64,000 nucleotides of DNA from Phyllobates terribilis. Lineage: Eukaryota. The notes beneath the pieces are model-generated. The model had not been told where the DNA came from and ran no database searches. It saw only the letters and a program-made list of their open reading frames with translations. Made by a program: the position numbers and the translations under genes. This document shows positions 35,713-48,646 of the stretch, piece by piece; position 1 is the stretch's first letter; each line of letters starts with the position of its first letter. The DNA is taken from positions 391,158,001-391,222,000 of the forward strand of contig NW_027362769.1 in assembly GCF_046119375.1 (NCBI RefSeq). The letters run 5' to 3'.

Positions 35713-37222
35713 GGCCGATGTCGTCCACGTCACATTATAATTACATTATTTATTGTCTCATGGTCACATCTGTACATAGTGAGTTATTAGCAGGACCCTC
35801 TAATAATACAATGTATATGGGGGTAGTCATGGGCGGATTTTTCCTATTAGATTGCTTTGTCTACCTTGGACATCAGATGCAAAATCAATAATTGAGGCAA
35901 ACGGAGATATTAATGGGTAAATTATCCTAAAAGTGATAATTTCTGATCATTAACCCCTTGCTGATATCCTCTGTACTTGTATGGCACAATGAGCTGGGTG
36001 TTAGCTGACATCCTGCTGTAAAAGTCTTGATCGGCGCTATGTATCCTGGCCATTTGACCGCTCTGATTGCGACAGTAGCATCTGTTTATTTTAGGGAGGG
36101 GTCACCCTGTTTGTCCCTATCTGCACCCCATGATTGTGATCACGCAGTGCCAATGGCAGACATGATGACCCCAGGCTGAGTAATGGCCGAGGGGTCACCC
36201 AGCTATAGTGGCCTCTAAGGTACTGCCATGAGCAGGATCTGACATCTCCTGTGAGTGTAAGAGTGACAGGCCTAATACGTTGTCAGGTTCTCCCAACAAA
36301 CACCCGATGCGCGCTTCACTATTGCTTCTTCAGGGGTCTGGTTGGTGAGACGCGCGTCAGGTGTTTGGTGGGTGAGCCTGAACATGTGCTCGTTATCATG
36401 TGTATCACTATTTGCACTTCATACTATTTTATTGTTTGGGACCCTAATACTGTTGGAACCTTAATTCTTATTTCTATACCTCATTTGTCACGTGTTTACA
36501 TTTGATTGCACCTTAGTATATATATATACGTCACTCATAATTTTGGACCAATTCATTGTCCGTTACTTGCTCTGTGGCAAGCTTTCTAGGTATTTTCATT
36601 CCTATTCAGATGTCACCTTGCGTTCTTTACATCGTTGGGGTAAATCTTTTTTATTGGCTCACCCACCATTCATGTCCATGTTTATTATGTTGGATATTTT
36701 TTCTTTTAAAAATTATTCAATAAAGATCATTGATCATGTTTTATTCATATTCTACTTTAGTCCTCGCACATTTCTTCTTTTTGGGTTTATAAATCAATCC
36801 AGTAAAATCCATGTTCAGAAAACCGACTGACCCCTTCTGACTCCAGCAGCGTGCGCAAACCACAGTTATTGTTAATATATACAGCATTGCTGCAAAGGGG
36901 AGAACCCAGCTAAAAGGCTTCTCCAGGTCTAATCTGTGATCACCTATCCACTACATAGTCCATCGATATGAGATTGATGTGGGTCTGATACCCGGCACAC
37001 CCACCGATCAGCTGAAAACTGCTCTGGCAGCATCCGGAAATACACAAGGTCTGGGCAGAACACAGCAGCACCGTCCATTATTTAGTGCGCACGAATGAAT
37101 ACTGCATCTTGTCCATTGAAGTGAATGTACTCTGGGACTCACCTGTGGCCATGAAACTATATATAGGATGGATGTCTTCAGCTTGTACATCATTTAGTTC
37201 GGGCCACTGCCGAAGCAGTTTT

Positions 37223-40200
37223 TGTTATGTTCTGCTACCAGAGCTAAGGAAAGAGAGGAGATCTGTCCCTACTATAGGACTCAGCTGAATCCCTACGATG
37301 TAACAGGGAACCTGATCCTGCGATCAGACCTGCTAAAGTCCTAAGCTAGTCTGTACGAAGACCTATAGATGTGGGGGAGGAATCCCTACAAGTACTAAGG
37401 ACTGGGAGGAATATGGGACACCTCCTAACAGAAATAGTAGCAGACAGACGAACAAACAAAATATAAAGAACATAGAGGTCCGTAGACCAAGCAAACTAAC
37501 AGAGCAAGACACAGAGCACAGGCTAGCTAGAAAGTAGATATACAATGAAGTACAGCAAAGCCAGAAGGGCGGAGCAGGATTAAATAGGCCAACAAGGTCA
37601 TGTGACCAGCAAAGGAAAAAAAACCTAACAGCAAGGTTCTAACAGTACCCCCCCTTCTAAGAGGATCCTCCGGATCCCCTAGGACCAGGCTTATCAGGAA
37701 ATCTCCTGTGAAACGCTCTGATAAGTCTGGACGCGGAAACATCATCTGACCTCACCCAAGAGTTATCCTCGGGTCCGAAACCTTTCCAGGCCACAAGATA
37801 CTGCAAACTACCTCTATACCGTCTAGAGTCAAGGATGCGAGAAATTTCATATTCCCCGTCCTCCACCACCGGAGGAACAGAGGCAGAGGCGTCACCATCC
37901 GACACAACAGCTTTTTTTAACAGAGAGACATGAAAGACCGGATTAATTCTCCAGGAGGTAGGAACCTCCAACCTAACAGCAGATTGGTTGACAACCTGAA
38001 GCACCTTAAAGGGCCCTACAAACTTGGGACCCAATTTCTTAGAAGGAATCCTCAACCGCAGATTCCTAGAGGACAACCAAACCATGTCACCAACAGCGAA
38101 CAAAACCTCCTGTCGTTTCCTATCAAAGTAGTCTTTAGATTTTCTGTTGGCCTCCTGAAGATTACCACGCACATCCGTCCAAACTCTTTCCAAATCACCG
38201 GAAAAATTCTCCTCCTCAGGCACGGCAGATCCCAACTTGGAGAACGACCCAAACGACGGATGTCTCCCAGAACAACAAAAAAAAGGCGAACAACCAGCAG
38301 AAGAAGATGTATGATTGTTCAGAGCAAATTCGGCAAGTGGCAGAAACTCAGACCACCCCTCTTGATTGTCTGCCACAAAACAACGCAAGAACTGCTCAAC
38401 ATCCTGGTTTTTCCTTTCTGTCTGGCCATTAGATTCAGGATGATATCCGGACGAAAACGACAAATGAATTCCCAACCTGTCACAAAAGGCACGCCAAAAA
38501 CGAGCCACGAACTGAGGACCCCTATCAGAAACAATGTCAGTAGGAACGCCATGAAGTCTGACAATTTCCTTGACAAAGGCCTTAGCGAGAGTTTTAGCGC
38601 AGGGCAGTTTGATGAAGGGAACCAAGTGACACATCTTGCTAAAACGGTCCACGACCACCCAGATGACAGTAAAACCCTCAGAGGGGGGAAGGTCAGTTAT
38701 AAAGTCCATAGCCAAATGTGTCCAAGGAGCACTGGGGACCTCCAAAGGACAAAGCAACCCCGCAGCAGGAGTATGTGAGGACTTAGATCTAGCACATACA
38801 GTACATTGGCGTACCCACTTAATGACTTCCTTCTGCCATCCAGGCCACCAAAAACTGCGACCCACCAGTCTCTTGGTCTCAGAGATTCCGGGATGACCTG
38901 CCAACCGAGATTCGTGACACTCAACAAACAAATCTCTCCTAAAGGTCCCAGGCACAAACAACCTCCCATGAGGAGTGTTAGATGGGGCATTCTCCTGAGC
39001 TTTAAGAATCTCATCTTCCAAAACGGAGTCTAAAGCAGCTATCACAACACCTTCTTGTAAAATGTTTTCCTCTTTCTCAGCACCGACTATGGGAGAAAAA
39101 CTGCGAGACAAGGCATCCGCCTTAACATTCTTAGTACCAGGGATGTAAGTAACAGAGAAATTAAACCGCGAGAAAAACAGTGCCCACCTAGCCTGACGGG
39201 CATTCAGGCGCTTGGCAGCGTCAAGATATATCAGATTTTTATGATCCGTAAGAACCTGAACGGGAAATTCCGCACCTTCCAAGAAGTGGCGCCAGTGTTC
39301 AAATGCGAGTTTAATAGCCAATAATTCCCGATTACCAATATCGTAATTCAATTCAGTCTCCGAAAATTTTTTTGAAAAAAAGGCACAGGGATGTAATCCA
39401 TCCCCGTTATCCTGAGACAATACTGCGCCAACCCCCACAGAGGAAGCATCAACCTCAACCAAAAACGGCCTAGTAACATCAGGCTGCATAAGGATGGGAG
39501 CAGAGGTGAACCTCTCCTTGAGATACACAAAAGCTTCAATGGCCTCAGAAGACCACTGAACCGCATCAGCACCTTTCCTGGTGAGATCAGTCAGAGGTTT
39601 GACAATACTAGAAATTTTTTTTATGAATTTTCTATAGTAATTGGCGAAACCCAAAAACCTCTGTATCGATTTCAAACCAATAGGCCTAGGCCATTCCTGC
39701 ACAGCCTGAACCTTAACCGGATCCATCTCAAAACCTTTGCTGGAGATAATGTAGCCCAAAAAACTAATTCTCTGTACAGCGAACTCACATTTCTCCAGCT
39801 TAGCAAAAAGCGAATTGTCCATTAATAACTGTAATACCTCACGCACGCTCCGCCAATGAGACTCCAGATCTGGCGAATAAATCAAAATGTCATCCAAATA
39901 CACAACCACATTTTTACCGATCAAAGGTCTAAGGATGTCATTAATCAGATTCTGAAAAAATGCAGGAGCATTAGTAAGACCAAAAGGCATAACCAGATTC
40001 TCAAAATGACCCACAGGAGTGTTAAAAGCAGTCTTCCATTCATCACCCTCCTTCATGCGCAACAGATTGTATGCCCCCTTAAGGTCAATTTTAGAGAACC
40101 ACTTGGCCCCCAATAACTGGTTAAACAGATCAGGAATCAATGGCAGTGGGTAAGGATTGCGTACAGTAATTTTGTTAATCTCACGAAAATCCAGACAAGG

Positions 40201-42195
40201 ACGTAAACCGCCGTCCTTTTTTTTTACAAAAAAAAATCCAACCGCCACAGGAGACTTAGAGGGCCTAATGTGACCGGCGGCCAAACTTGTCTGTATGTAT
40301 TCCTCCAAAGCCTTCCTCTCAGGAATGGTAAGGTTAAATAAACGACTTTTAGGAAGAGTCGCTCCAGGGACAAATTCAATAGAACAATCATAGTCTCTAT
40401 GAGGAGGCAAAACCTGCGAATCTTTCTCAGAAAAAACTCTCCAAAAATCCTGAATAGGAACAGGTAATTCTCCCCTATCCAAAGCTGCAATACGCCCGTT
40501 ACAACACTTGTCATAACATTTATGGCTCCAGGATTTAATTTCACTGGTAGACCAATCCAGTACAGGATTGTGAAATTTTAACCAGGGCAATCCCAATATT
40601 ACTGGAGAAGGCAAGTTATTCAACACTACCAAATCCAATTTCTCATGGTGAACACCATTAATAGTGAGAGGAAATTCACAGACCTTGAGAGTAATATTCT
40701 TCAAAGGGGAACCATCCACAGAAACCACAGCAATGGGGGATGATAAAGGTTCAGGTTTTAAATTGAGTTTTTCCACGAATCCCCCATCAATTACATTCAG
40801 TGTAGACCCGCAATCAACAAACACCCGAAATTCCATTAATTTTTCCTGAGCAATCGTGGAAGCAGCTAAAAATACACCCTTGGAATTTAAACAGGCAATA
40901 CGGGCGTGACTGACCATTTTTTTTTCTTTCTTCATACGAAGCTCACAGCCTTTAATCAAATGACCAGATTTTCCGCAATAGAAACACAAGCCTTTCGAAA
41001 AACGACGGTCTTTTTCTTGAGAGCGAGGTGCCACCGATCCAATCTCCATCGGTTCACCACTGTTAGTACACACATTCTCATAACCAGAAACTGACATAGC
41101 AGAGGATTTGCTCTCATTAACCCTAGCACGCAGTCTTCTATCCACCCGTATAGCTAATTGCATAGCCTGTTGCAAATCTTCAGGTGTAGGATAAGCAATT
41201 AGCAGGTCTTTAACCCTTTCACTGAGCCCAGCAAGAAATAGACTTTTCAGAGCAGAATCGTTCCACCCTGTTTGAGTGGACCAACGACGAAAATGTGTAC
41301 AATATTTTTCGACATTACCTGATCCTTGTTTTAAACGTCTCAACTCAGTCTCAGCTGATGCGACACGGTCAGGATCATCATATAATAGTCCCAAAGCAGA
41401 AAAAAAACTATCCACTGAACTGAAGCATGTATCACTAGGTTGCAAAGAAAAGGCCCACTCCTGAGGCTCTTTGCGTAAAAGTGACATTATGAACCCTACG
41501 CGCTGGGATTCATCCCCAGAGGACTTGGGTCTCAAACGAAAATACAATAAGCAAGCATTTTTAAATGAAAAAAATTCTCGATGTTCACCAAAAAATAAAT
41601 CCGGCAAACATACCTTAGGCTCCAAGAAATGTGCTCCAGAACAGTTACTCACGTGCTGACGGAGCTCGGCCACTTCCAGAGAGAGTCCCTGCAGGTGTTT
41701 AGCCAAATCCTGAACCGACACCATGATGGAACAAAAAAAATCTTTCCTTAGAGAATTTGCTGGCTGGACTTACTGTTATGTTCTGCTACCAGAGCTAAGG
41801 AAAGAGAGGAGATCTGTCCCTACTATAGGACTCAGCTGAATCCCTACGATGTAACAGGGAACCTGATCCTGCGATCAGACCTGCTAAAGTCCTAAGCTAG
41901 TCTGTACAAAGACCTATAGATGTGGGGGAGGAATCCCTACAAGTACTAAGGACTGGGAGGAATATGGGACACCTCCTAACAGAAATAGTAGCAGACAGAC
42001 GAACAAACAAAATATAAAGAACATAGAGGTCCGTAGACCAAGCAAACTAACAGAGCAAGACACAGAGCACAGGCTAGCTAGAAAGTAGATATACAATGAA
42101 GTCCAGCAAAGCCAGAAGGGCGGAGCAGGATTAAATAGGCCAACAAGGTCATGTGACCAGCAAAGGAAAAAAAACCTAACAGCAAGGTTCTAACA
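37223..42195 (-). mobile_element. Full-length Ty3/Gypsy chromovirus (sushi/Tf1-like)
   Basis: 422-bp LTRs (37223-37644, 41774-42195) differing at 2 positions, 5-bp TSD GTTTT, PPT AGAAGGGGGGGTAC and an intact ORF. Confidence 0.98.
37657..41724 (-). CDS. Gag-Pol polyprotein, 1355 aa (Gag, CCHC knuckle, protease, RT, RNase H, integrase, chromodomain)
   Basis: CFYCGKSGHLIKGC; FVDCGST; YLDDILIYS; VDASSVGVGAVL; GHPG...CTVC; DFITDLP...SDRGPQF...SNGQTER; YLVAWKGFGPEDNSW. Confidence 0.97.
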   Translation of the reverse strand: MVSVQDLAKHLQGLSLEVAELRQHVSNCSGAHFLEPKVCLPDLFFGEHREFFSFKNACLLYFRLRPKSSGDESQRVGFIMSLLRKEPQEWAFSLQPSDTCFSSVDSFFSALGLLYDDPDRVASAETELRRLKQGSGNVEKYCTHFRRWSTQTGWNDSALKSLFLAGLSERVKDLLIAYPTPEDLQQAMQLAIRVDRRLRARVNESKSSAMSVSGYENVCTNSGEPMEIGSVAPRSQEKDRRFSKGLCFYCGKSGHLIKGCELRMKKEKKMVSHARIACLNSKGVFLAASTIAQEKLMEFRVFVDCGSTLNVIDGGFVEKLNLKPEPLSSPIAVVSVDGSPLKNITLKVCEFPLTINGVHHEKLDLVVLNNLPSPVILGLPWLKFHNPVLDWSTSEIKSWSHKCYDKCCNGRIAALDRGELPVPIQDFWRVFSEKDSQVLPPHRDYDCSIEFVPGATLPKSRLFNLTIPERKALEEYIQTSLAAGHIRPSKSPVAVGFFFVKKKDGGLRPCLDFREINKITVRNPYPLPLIPDLFNQLLGAKWFSKIDLKGAYNLLRMKEGDEWKTAFNTPVGHFENLVMPFGLTNAPAFFQNLINDILRPLIGKNVVVYLDDILIYSPDLESHWRSVREVLQLLMDNSLFAKLEKCEFAVQRISFLGYIISSKGFEMDPVKVQAVQEWPRPIGLKSIQRFLGFANYYRKFIKKISSIVKPLTDLTRKGADAVQWSSEAIEAFVYLKERFTSAPILMQPDVTRPFLVEVDASSVGVGAVLSQDNGDGLHPCAFFSKKFSETELNYDIGNRELLAIKLAFEHWRHFLEGAEFPVQVLTDHKNLIYLDAAKRLNARQARWALFFSRFNFSVTYIPGTKNVKADALSRSFSPIVGAEKEENILQEGVVIAALDSVLEDEILKAQENAPSNTPHGRLFVPGTFRRDLFVECHESRLAGHPGISETKRLVGRSFWWPGWQKEVIKWVRQCTVCARSKSSHTPAAGLLCPLEVPSAPWTHLAMDFITDLPPSEGFTVIWVVVDRFSKMCHLVPFIKLPCAKTLAKAFVKEIVRLHGVPTDIVSDRGPQFVARFWRAFCDRLGIHLSFSSGYHPESNGQTERKNQDVEQFLRCFVADNQEGWSEFLPLAEFALNNHTSSSAGCSPFFCCSGRHPSFGSFSKLGSAVPEEENFSGDLERVWTDVRGNLQEANRKSKDYFDRKRQEVLFAVGDMVWLSSRNLRLRIPSKKLGPKFVGPFKVLQVVNQSAVRLEVPTSWRINPVFHVSLLKKAVVSDGDASASVPPVVEDGEYEISRILDSRRYRGSLQYLVAWKGFGPEDNSWVRSDDVSASRLIRAFHRRFPDKPGPRGSGGSS

Positions 42196-43788
42196 GTTTT
42201 CAGCTGATTGTGGGACTGTCGGACCCCCCACCAATTTCATATTGAAATGGGTCATTAATTTTTAGGTCCTGGATAACGCATTTAACCATCTAAGAGGTGT
42301 GAGTCTCCAGAAGCACAAGCTGGGCACAAAGTATAGGGCACAAAAATGAAACATTTGCAAATTTTCACTCTGCAACATCCACTGCGCACTAATTTCTAGA
42401 AAACGCCAATAGGGTCAAAATAGTCAGTACACCCATAGATGATTTCCCTGGGTGTAATTTGCAAATTCAGGACACTTTTGGGGGATTTTGCAGCTGTGGC
42501 AGATTAGGGGGCTCTGCCCAAATATTACACCAGGAAACTCTGTGCCCCAAAAGCCAAATGGTGCTCCTTGTCTTCTGAGCCCTGTGTATGACCCCATATA
42601 GGGAATTGCTGTACTTGGGAGAAGTAACGGCATTTTCGGTATCATTTATATCTAAATCTACTTATGTAATTTTTCCTTTTCACACAGCCCGATGGTAATG
42701 AAATCAGTGAATTATCTCATTACACCTGTAGATGAATTCCCTAAGGGGTATAGTTTCCTAAATTGGATCTCTTTTGGGTTTTCTGCTGTTCTGGCTCCTC
42801 GGGGGCTCTGCATATGGCACCCGCAAAATTTCCCAGACAAATCTGTATTCCAAAAGCCAAATCGTGTTTCTTCCTTCCGAGCCCGGCCGTGTGTCCAAAC
42901 AGAAGTTTCCGACCCCATATGGGGTATTGCTACGTTTGGGAGAATTTCTTTTACATATTGTGGGGTTAATGTTCTCTTATTACCCCATGGGAAAAAGGAA
43001 AAATTGGGGGATAAAGCCTAATTTTAGTGGAAATATGTGTCTTTTTTTTTGTCCCAATGTTATAAACTTTTGAGACATTTCGGCCCCTCATAGTCACTTC
43101 ACAACTTAATACAGTATATACCGGTGTATTTCTGTGTCCCTGCATTCTAGGGGCAAAATAAAAGTCAGATTTTTCTTTCTTTCTATAAAATAACTAAAAA
43201 ATACTGAAAAACCTTCACAATAATGAGATTAATTATTTTTTTAAAAACTAAACCTCATAAATCAGCAAATAACAGAGATATTTCATGTCCCTGTAATCGT
43301 AACATCATGTAGAACACGGCGATCAGATCATTTACGGTGATCGGTAAATGATGTAAAAAACAATGGAGAGATTGATATTTTTATTCCATTAAACCCATAA
43401 AACTCTTAACAGTAATGTAACGCTGAGGCCGTGTTCACACATAGTGTAAATGCTGCGTTTTTCTGCAGCTGTCCGCACCACACGACGCAATACTCTCTGA
43501 TCATGATGTTTTATCTGCTTTTTTTCTGCCTTTTCCCCTTTATTTGATGCATTTTTGGTGCAGATTTGCAGCGGTATTTTTAATGCATTTTTATATAACA
43601 ATAAAGTTTTGATTCCACATTCACAATCGCGGCTGCATTTCTGTTTTTTTTGCATTTTTCAGGCTCCACATAGATAAAAAAACACCAGAAATGCCCATTT
43701 CACCCACATCTATAGACGCACAGGGCAGACGATCTCCTGAAATCCCATCTACTTTGCTTGTTGTGGGCAGAAAATCTGCTGCATTTAA

Positions 43789-46700
43789 CCCCTTCACCCC
43801 CAGCCTGTTTCCACCTTCCTGACCAGGACAATTTTTACAATTCTGACCAGCGTCACTTTATGGGGTAATAACTCTGGAACGCTTCAACATATCCCAATAA
43901 TTCTGAGACTGTTGTTTTTTTTTGTGACACATTATACTTTATGTTAGTGGTAAATTGAGGATGATACTTTTTGCATTTATTTGTGAAAATATCAGAAATT
44001 TGGCAAAAATGTTGAAAATTGCCCAATTTTTAAACTATTTTAATTTCTATGCCCTTAAACCAGATAGTTATGTCACACAAACTAGTTAATAAATACCATT
44101 TCCCACATGTCTACTTTACATCTGCATCATTTTTTAAACATATTTTTTTTTGTTAGGAAGTTATAAGGGTTAAAAGTTTATCAGCGATTTCTCATTTTTC
44201 CAACAAATTTTTTTTAAAAAGATATTTTTTAGGGACCAGATCATATTTGAAGTGACTTTGAGGGGCCTATATGACAGAAAATGCCCAAAAGTGACACCAT
44301 TCTAAAAACTGCACCCCTCAAGGTGCTCAAAACCACATTCAAGAAGTTTATTAACCCTTCTGGTGCTTCACAGGAACTGAAGCAATGGGGAAGGAAAAAA
44401 TGAAAATTGTAGTTTTTCCCACCAAAATATTGTTTTAGCCCCACTTTTTCATTTTCACAAGGGAAACAGGAGGAAATGGACAGTGCAATGGTTTTGTGGA
44501 GTACACGATACCCCGTCTGTGGTGGAGAAATACTTTTGAGGCACAGTGCAAAGCTCAGAAGGGAAGGAGCGCCATATTATATGCAGATTTTACTTTTATA
44601 GTTTGTGGGTGCCATGAACCACTGAGGTGCCAGAACAGCAACCCCCCATAAGTGACCCCATTTCACAAACTACACCTCTCAATGAATTCATCTAGGGGTG
44701 CAGTGATCAAATTGACACCATGGGTGTGTCACAGAATTTTATACAATTGAGCAGTGAAGAAAAACTAATTACATTTATCATTTTTACCACAAAGATATTG
44801 TTATAGCCCCAGATCTTACATTTTCACACGGGGAAATGAGTAAAACTGGAAACAAAATTTGTCCCACAATTTTTGTTGATCGTAGACATACCCCATATCT
44901 GGATGTACAGTACTGTTTAGCCACACAGCGAGACTCTGGAGGGACGGAGCGCTATTTGCCTCCTGCAGCACAGATTTTTGCAGAATAGTTTGCTGACTCC
45001 ATACACAGAAACCCTCAAGTTACCCCATTTTGGAAACTATAGCCCTTTGTACATTTATCTACAGGTGTAGTGACAATTTTGACTCCATGTGTGTTTTCCA
45101 GAAACGAGAAGCAATCGATATAGCTGAGTGAAAATTGCAAACTGCCATTGTAGTGATTAGTACGTTGTAGTGTTATCAGTACGTTTTAGTGTGACCAGTA
45201 CACTGTAGTGACCAGTAAGTTGTAGTGACCAGTACGTTGTGCCCAGCTCGTGCTTCTGGAGACATGCACCCAGTAAATTAGGCGGGCTCTCATCACTGCA
45301 GAAATGCCAAACATGTGGACGCTAACTGTGGTTTAGGCACACTGAGGCTCAGAAGAGAAGGGACATTTGGATTTGGGAGTGCAAAAGTTTTTGGATTTCT
45401 TTTGGGAGTTGAGGAGACAGAGCGCTTTTCCAGAGATCTTATGCTACCAGTAACGTGGAAGCCCCCTATATTTCTGATAACAGATGACGGACCTGAATGG
45501 GGGCTTGCTTTTTTTGTGGATTGAGTTGAAACTTTTGTTGGGAACATTTTACATAACATTTTGGATCACATTTATCCTGCGCTCTACGCTGAGCACTTAC
45601 ATTGGAGTTTCCATCTAAATCTCTGAATGACGAGATTCAGATGAAACCCCTGAGGGATCCATTCACTATAATGAGGCAGCAGAGTTACTCTGGACTACAT
45701 CTGGCCTCTGTTCAGTGTTATCCTTCTTTTCAGAAGTGCACAAAACTGTGGCCGATGGCACTTTTATACACCCTTAAAATGATGGACGCCGCCGGATCAC
45801 AGGCCAGACAGTGTCCACAGTGCCTCCATCTGCCTCATTATAGGGAATCTTCCGCCGGGGTTTACATCTTAATCACGTATTTCAGAGATTTACACGGAAA
45901 CCCCGGTGTAAGCGCTCAGCGTAGAGCGCAGGATAAATGTGAGCCGAGCCATACTGAGATCTTCAGGAGGCAGAATAAACAAAACAGCAGCAGGTGAAGA
46001 ATTGGTTTTATTTATTTTTACACCATTCCTCGTGTTGTATAAGTGTTTATTTAGACGACTTTATTTTTCGGGTCGGTGCGATTACAGTGATACCAGATTT
46101 ATATTGGGTTTTTATGTTTGGCTGCTGTCACACACTAAAAGACGCTTTTTTTATTACAAAAACTAGTTTTTGCATCTCGATATAGAGTGGATATCCGGAT
46201 GAATAAGCGCTCCCAGGGTCACAAGGAATGATTATTGGATAATCATTCCTTGTGACCCTGGGAACGCTTATTCATCCGGATATCCACTCTATATCTTATT
46301 CTTACGGACTCCAGCCAGGAGTTCCGTTGAATTCCGACAGAAGCTGCATACCGGTGTGACCGGATATCCACATTAGACCTGAATTGGTCGACAAGCCTTT
46401 ATACAAGATCTGCTAAAGAAAGTCATTTTTGGATAATCATTCCTTGTGACCCTGGGAGCGCTTATTTAGCCGGATATTCACTCTAAGTTTTTGCATCTCC
46501 ATATTTTTAGAGCTATAATTTTTCTATATTTCTGCCGACAGAGTCATGTGATGGCTGTTTTTTGTGAAACGAGTTGACGTTTTTATTGGAACCATTTTCG
46601 GGCACATGACATTTTTTGATCGCTTTCTATTCCGATTTTTGAGAGGCAGTATGAAAAAAACCAACAATTCAGAAATTGTTTTTTTTATGACGTTCCGTGT

Positions 46701-47614
46701 GTGGTAAAATTGATAAGGCAGCTTTATTCTTCGGGTCAGTACATTTACAGTGATAAAACATTTATATTGTTTTTTATGTTTTGGCGCTTTTATGCAATAA
46801 AAACTATTTTATAGAAAAAATAATTGCTTTTGCATCGCTTTATTCTGCGAGCTATAACTTTTTTATATCTCCGCCGATGGAGTTGTGTGGGGTTAGTTTA
46901 TTGTGGGACAAGATGACATTTTCAGAGGTACCATTATTATTTCCATTTAATTCTTTGGTCGCATTTTATTTCACTTTTTGTGTGATGAAACAGCAAAGTT
47001 GTTTTTTTTTTTTTTACAGTGTTCACTGAAGGGGCTAACTAGTGTGACAGTTTTATAGGTCGGGTTGTTCCAGACACGGTAAAACTAAATATGTGTACTG
47101 TTTTTTTTCACATAAATATATTTATTTGTTGATATACTATTTTCTTTTTTTTTGTTCTTTATTTTGTGATTTATTTACTTTTTTAAAATTTTACTTTGTC
47201 CTTCTATGGAGCTCTAACTTTTTTTTACTGATTGCTGTTATAATGAATTGCAATTCATTATACCTGTCAGTGCTGCACTGACAGAAGCCTCTTAGACCGT
47301 GCTCTGAGCTTGGTCTAACAGACTTGCCGTAACTGTCTGACCCAGATGTCATGACGACGAAGGCAACAATCAGGCCCTTGCGATGACGTCGTGGGGGCGC
47401 TGATCGGAAGGAGCCTTCTAAATTCTGTGATCGATATTGATCGCAGTATTTAGGGGGTTAAAATGCCTGGGGCAATGCCCGCACTGCTCCTGGCACTGAC
47501 AGCCGGGTCAATGCTTTAACTTAAGCCGAGCTCCCGGCGGTGATCGCTCAGGCAGAGCTCATGTGCCCCGCATGATCGCCACGACATACCCATATGTCAA
47601 AGATCGTAAAGGGG
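43789..47614. mobile_element. Non-autonomous piggyBac-type element
   Basis: TTAA|CCCCTT...AAGGGG|TTAA ends. It splits a sequence that is roughly contiguous in the paralogous region at ~14030-14130. No transposase ORF. Confidence 0.7.
46179..46485. mobile_element. Short insertion with 57-bp fold-back, terminal direct repeat and 14-bp TSD (Penelope-like architecture)
   Basis: TSD AGTTTTTGCATCTC at 46165-46178 and 46486-46499; arms at 46179-46235 and 46239-46295; the arm recurs at ~46432-46485. Confidence 0.7.
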
Positions 47615-48646
47615 TTAACAGTTCAAGCAAAGTGGATGTGATGTCATGTAAGCTCCTGCCCGCTGTGCGTCTAAACACGCTACTGAACTCTGCCGCCTTG
47701 GTGCGTTGTTGTTTTTTATGAGGAGCCAGAAAAAAACACATTAAAAGTACTGCTTCACATCTGCATCAAACGCTTAAAAACAAAAGGAAAAAGGCTTAAG
47801 AAAAAATGCAGGAAAAAAACACAATATGCTTTGTGTGTGTAGTTTACTGCATTTGTATATAACTAATAAATGAAAAAAATGACATGGCATCACCCCCCCT
47901 ATTTTTGGTAACCATCAAAGGTAAAGCAGACAGCTGCGAGCAGATATTATCAGCCTGGGAAGGTCCATGGTTATTGGGCCCTTCCCAGCCTAAAAACACC
48001 AGACCACAGCCGCCCCAGAAGTGGTGCATCACACTAGATGCGTCAATTCTGGTTCTTTGTCCGGCTCTTCCTGATTGCTCTGGTGCGGTGACAATCGGGG
48101 TAATAGTAGTTGGGTTTGATGACAGCTGTGATTTTTCAAAAATCACATCAGCCATGAGCCCTGGGGTAAGTAACGGAGAGGAGTCTATCAGACAACCCCA
48201 TTACTAACCCGGTAATAAAAAAATAAAAACACATACACAGAAAAAATACTTCATTTGAATAAAGACTCCCCACACTATCTCTCCTTCACCACTTTATTAA
48301 AATAAAAAAAAAATCCCGTGCAGGTCCACAGTAATCCACTGAATCCAATGTAGTCCAGAAATGAATACCTGAACAACATAAAAAGACAGAAATAAACACG
48401 AGAGACACTCCTTTTAATTTATTACCCAAAATGTTCCCATGAAACTCCGCAACAGTCCACGTTCCTCGCATCCGGCAACTGTGAATAGCAGTAAAGTGAC
48501 CGCTATTCACAGGCATCGGGTAGTGATGTCAATGCTCATTATTGTCACCGGCGGATCTCGCTGGTGTTTCCAGTACCGGAAATATCAGGACACGTGAAGG
48601 AGGCCTAATTGTGGATCAGTAGTGAGCACAACCATGGAGCTGTAGG

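Noticed and set aside
37930-41659. Plus-strand ORFs within the Gypsy element (e.g. 37930-38778)
   Set aside because: Antisense shadows of the Gag-Pol frame.
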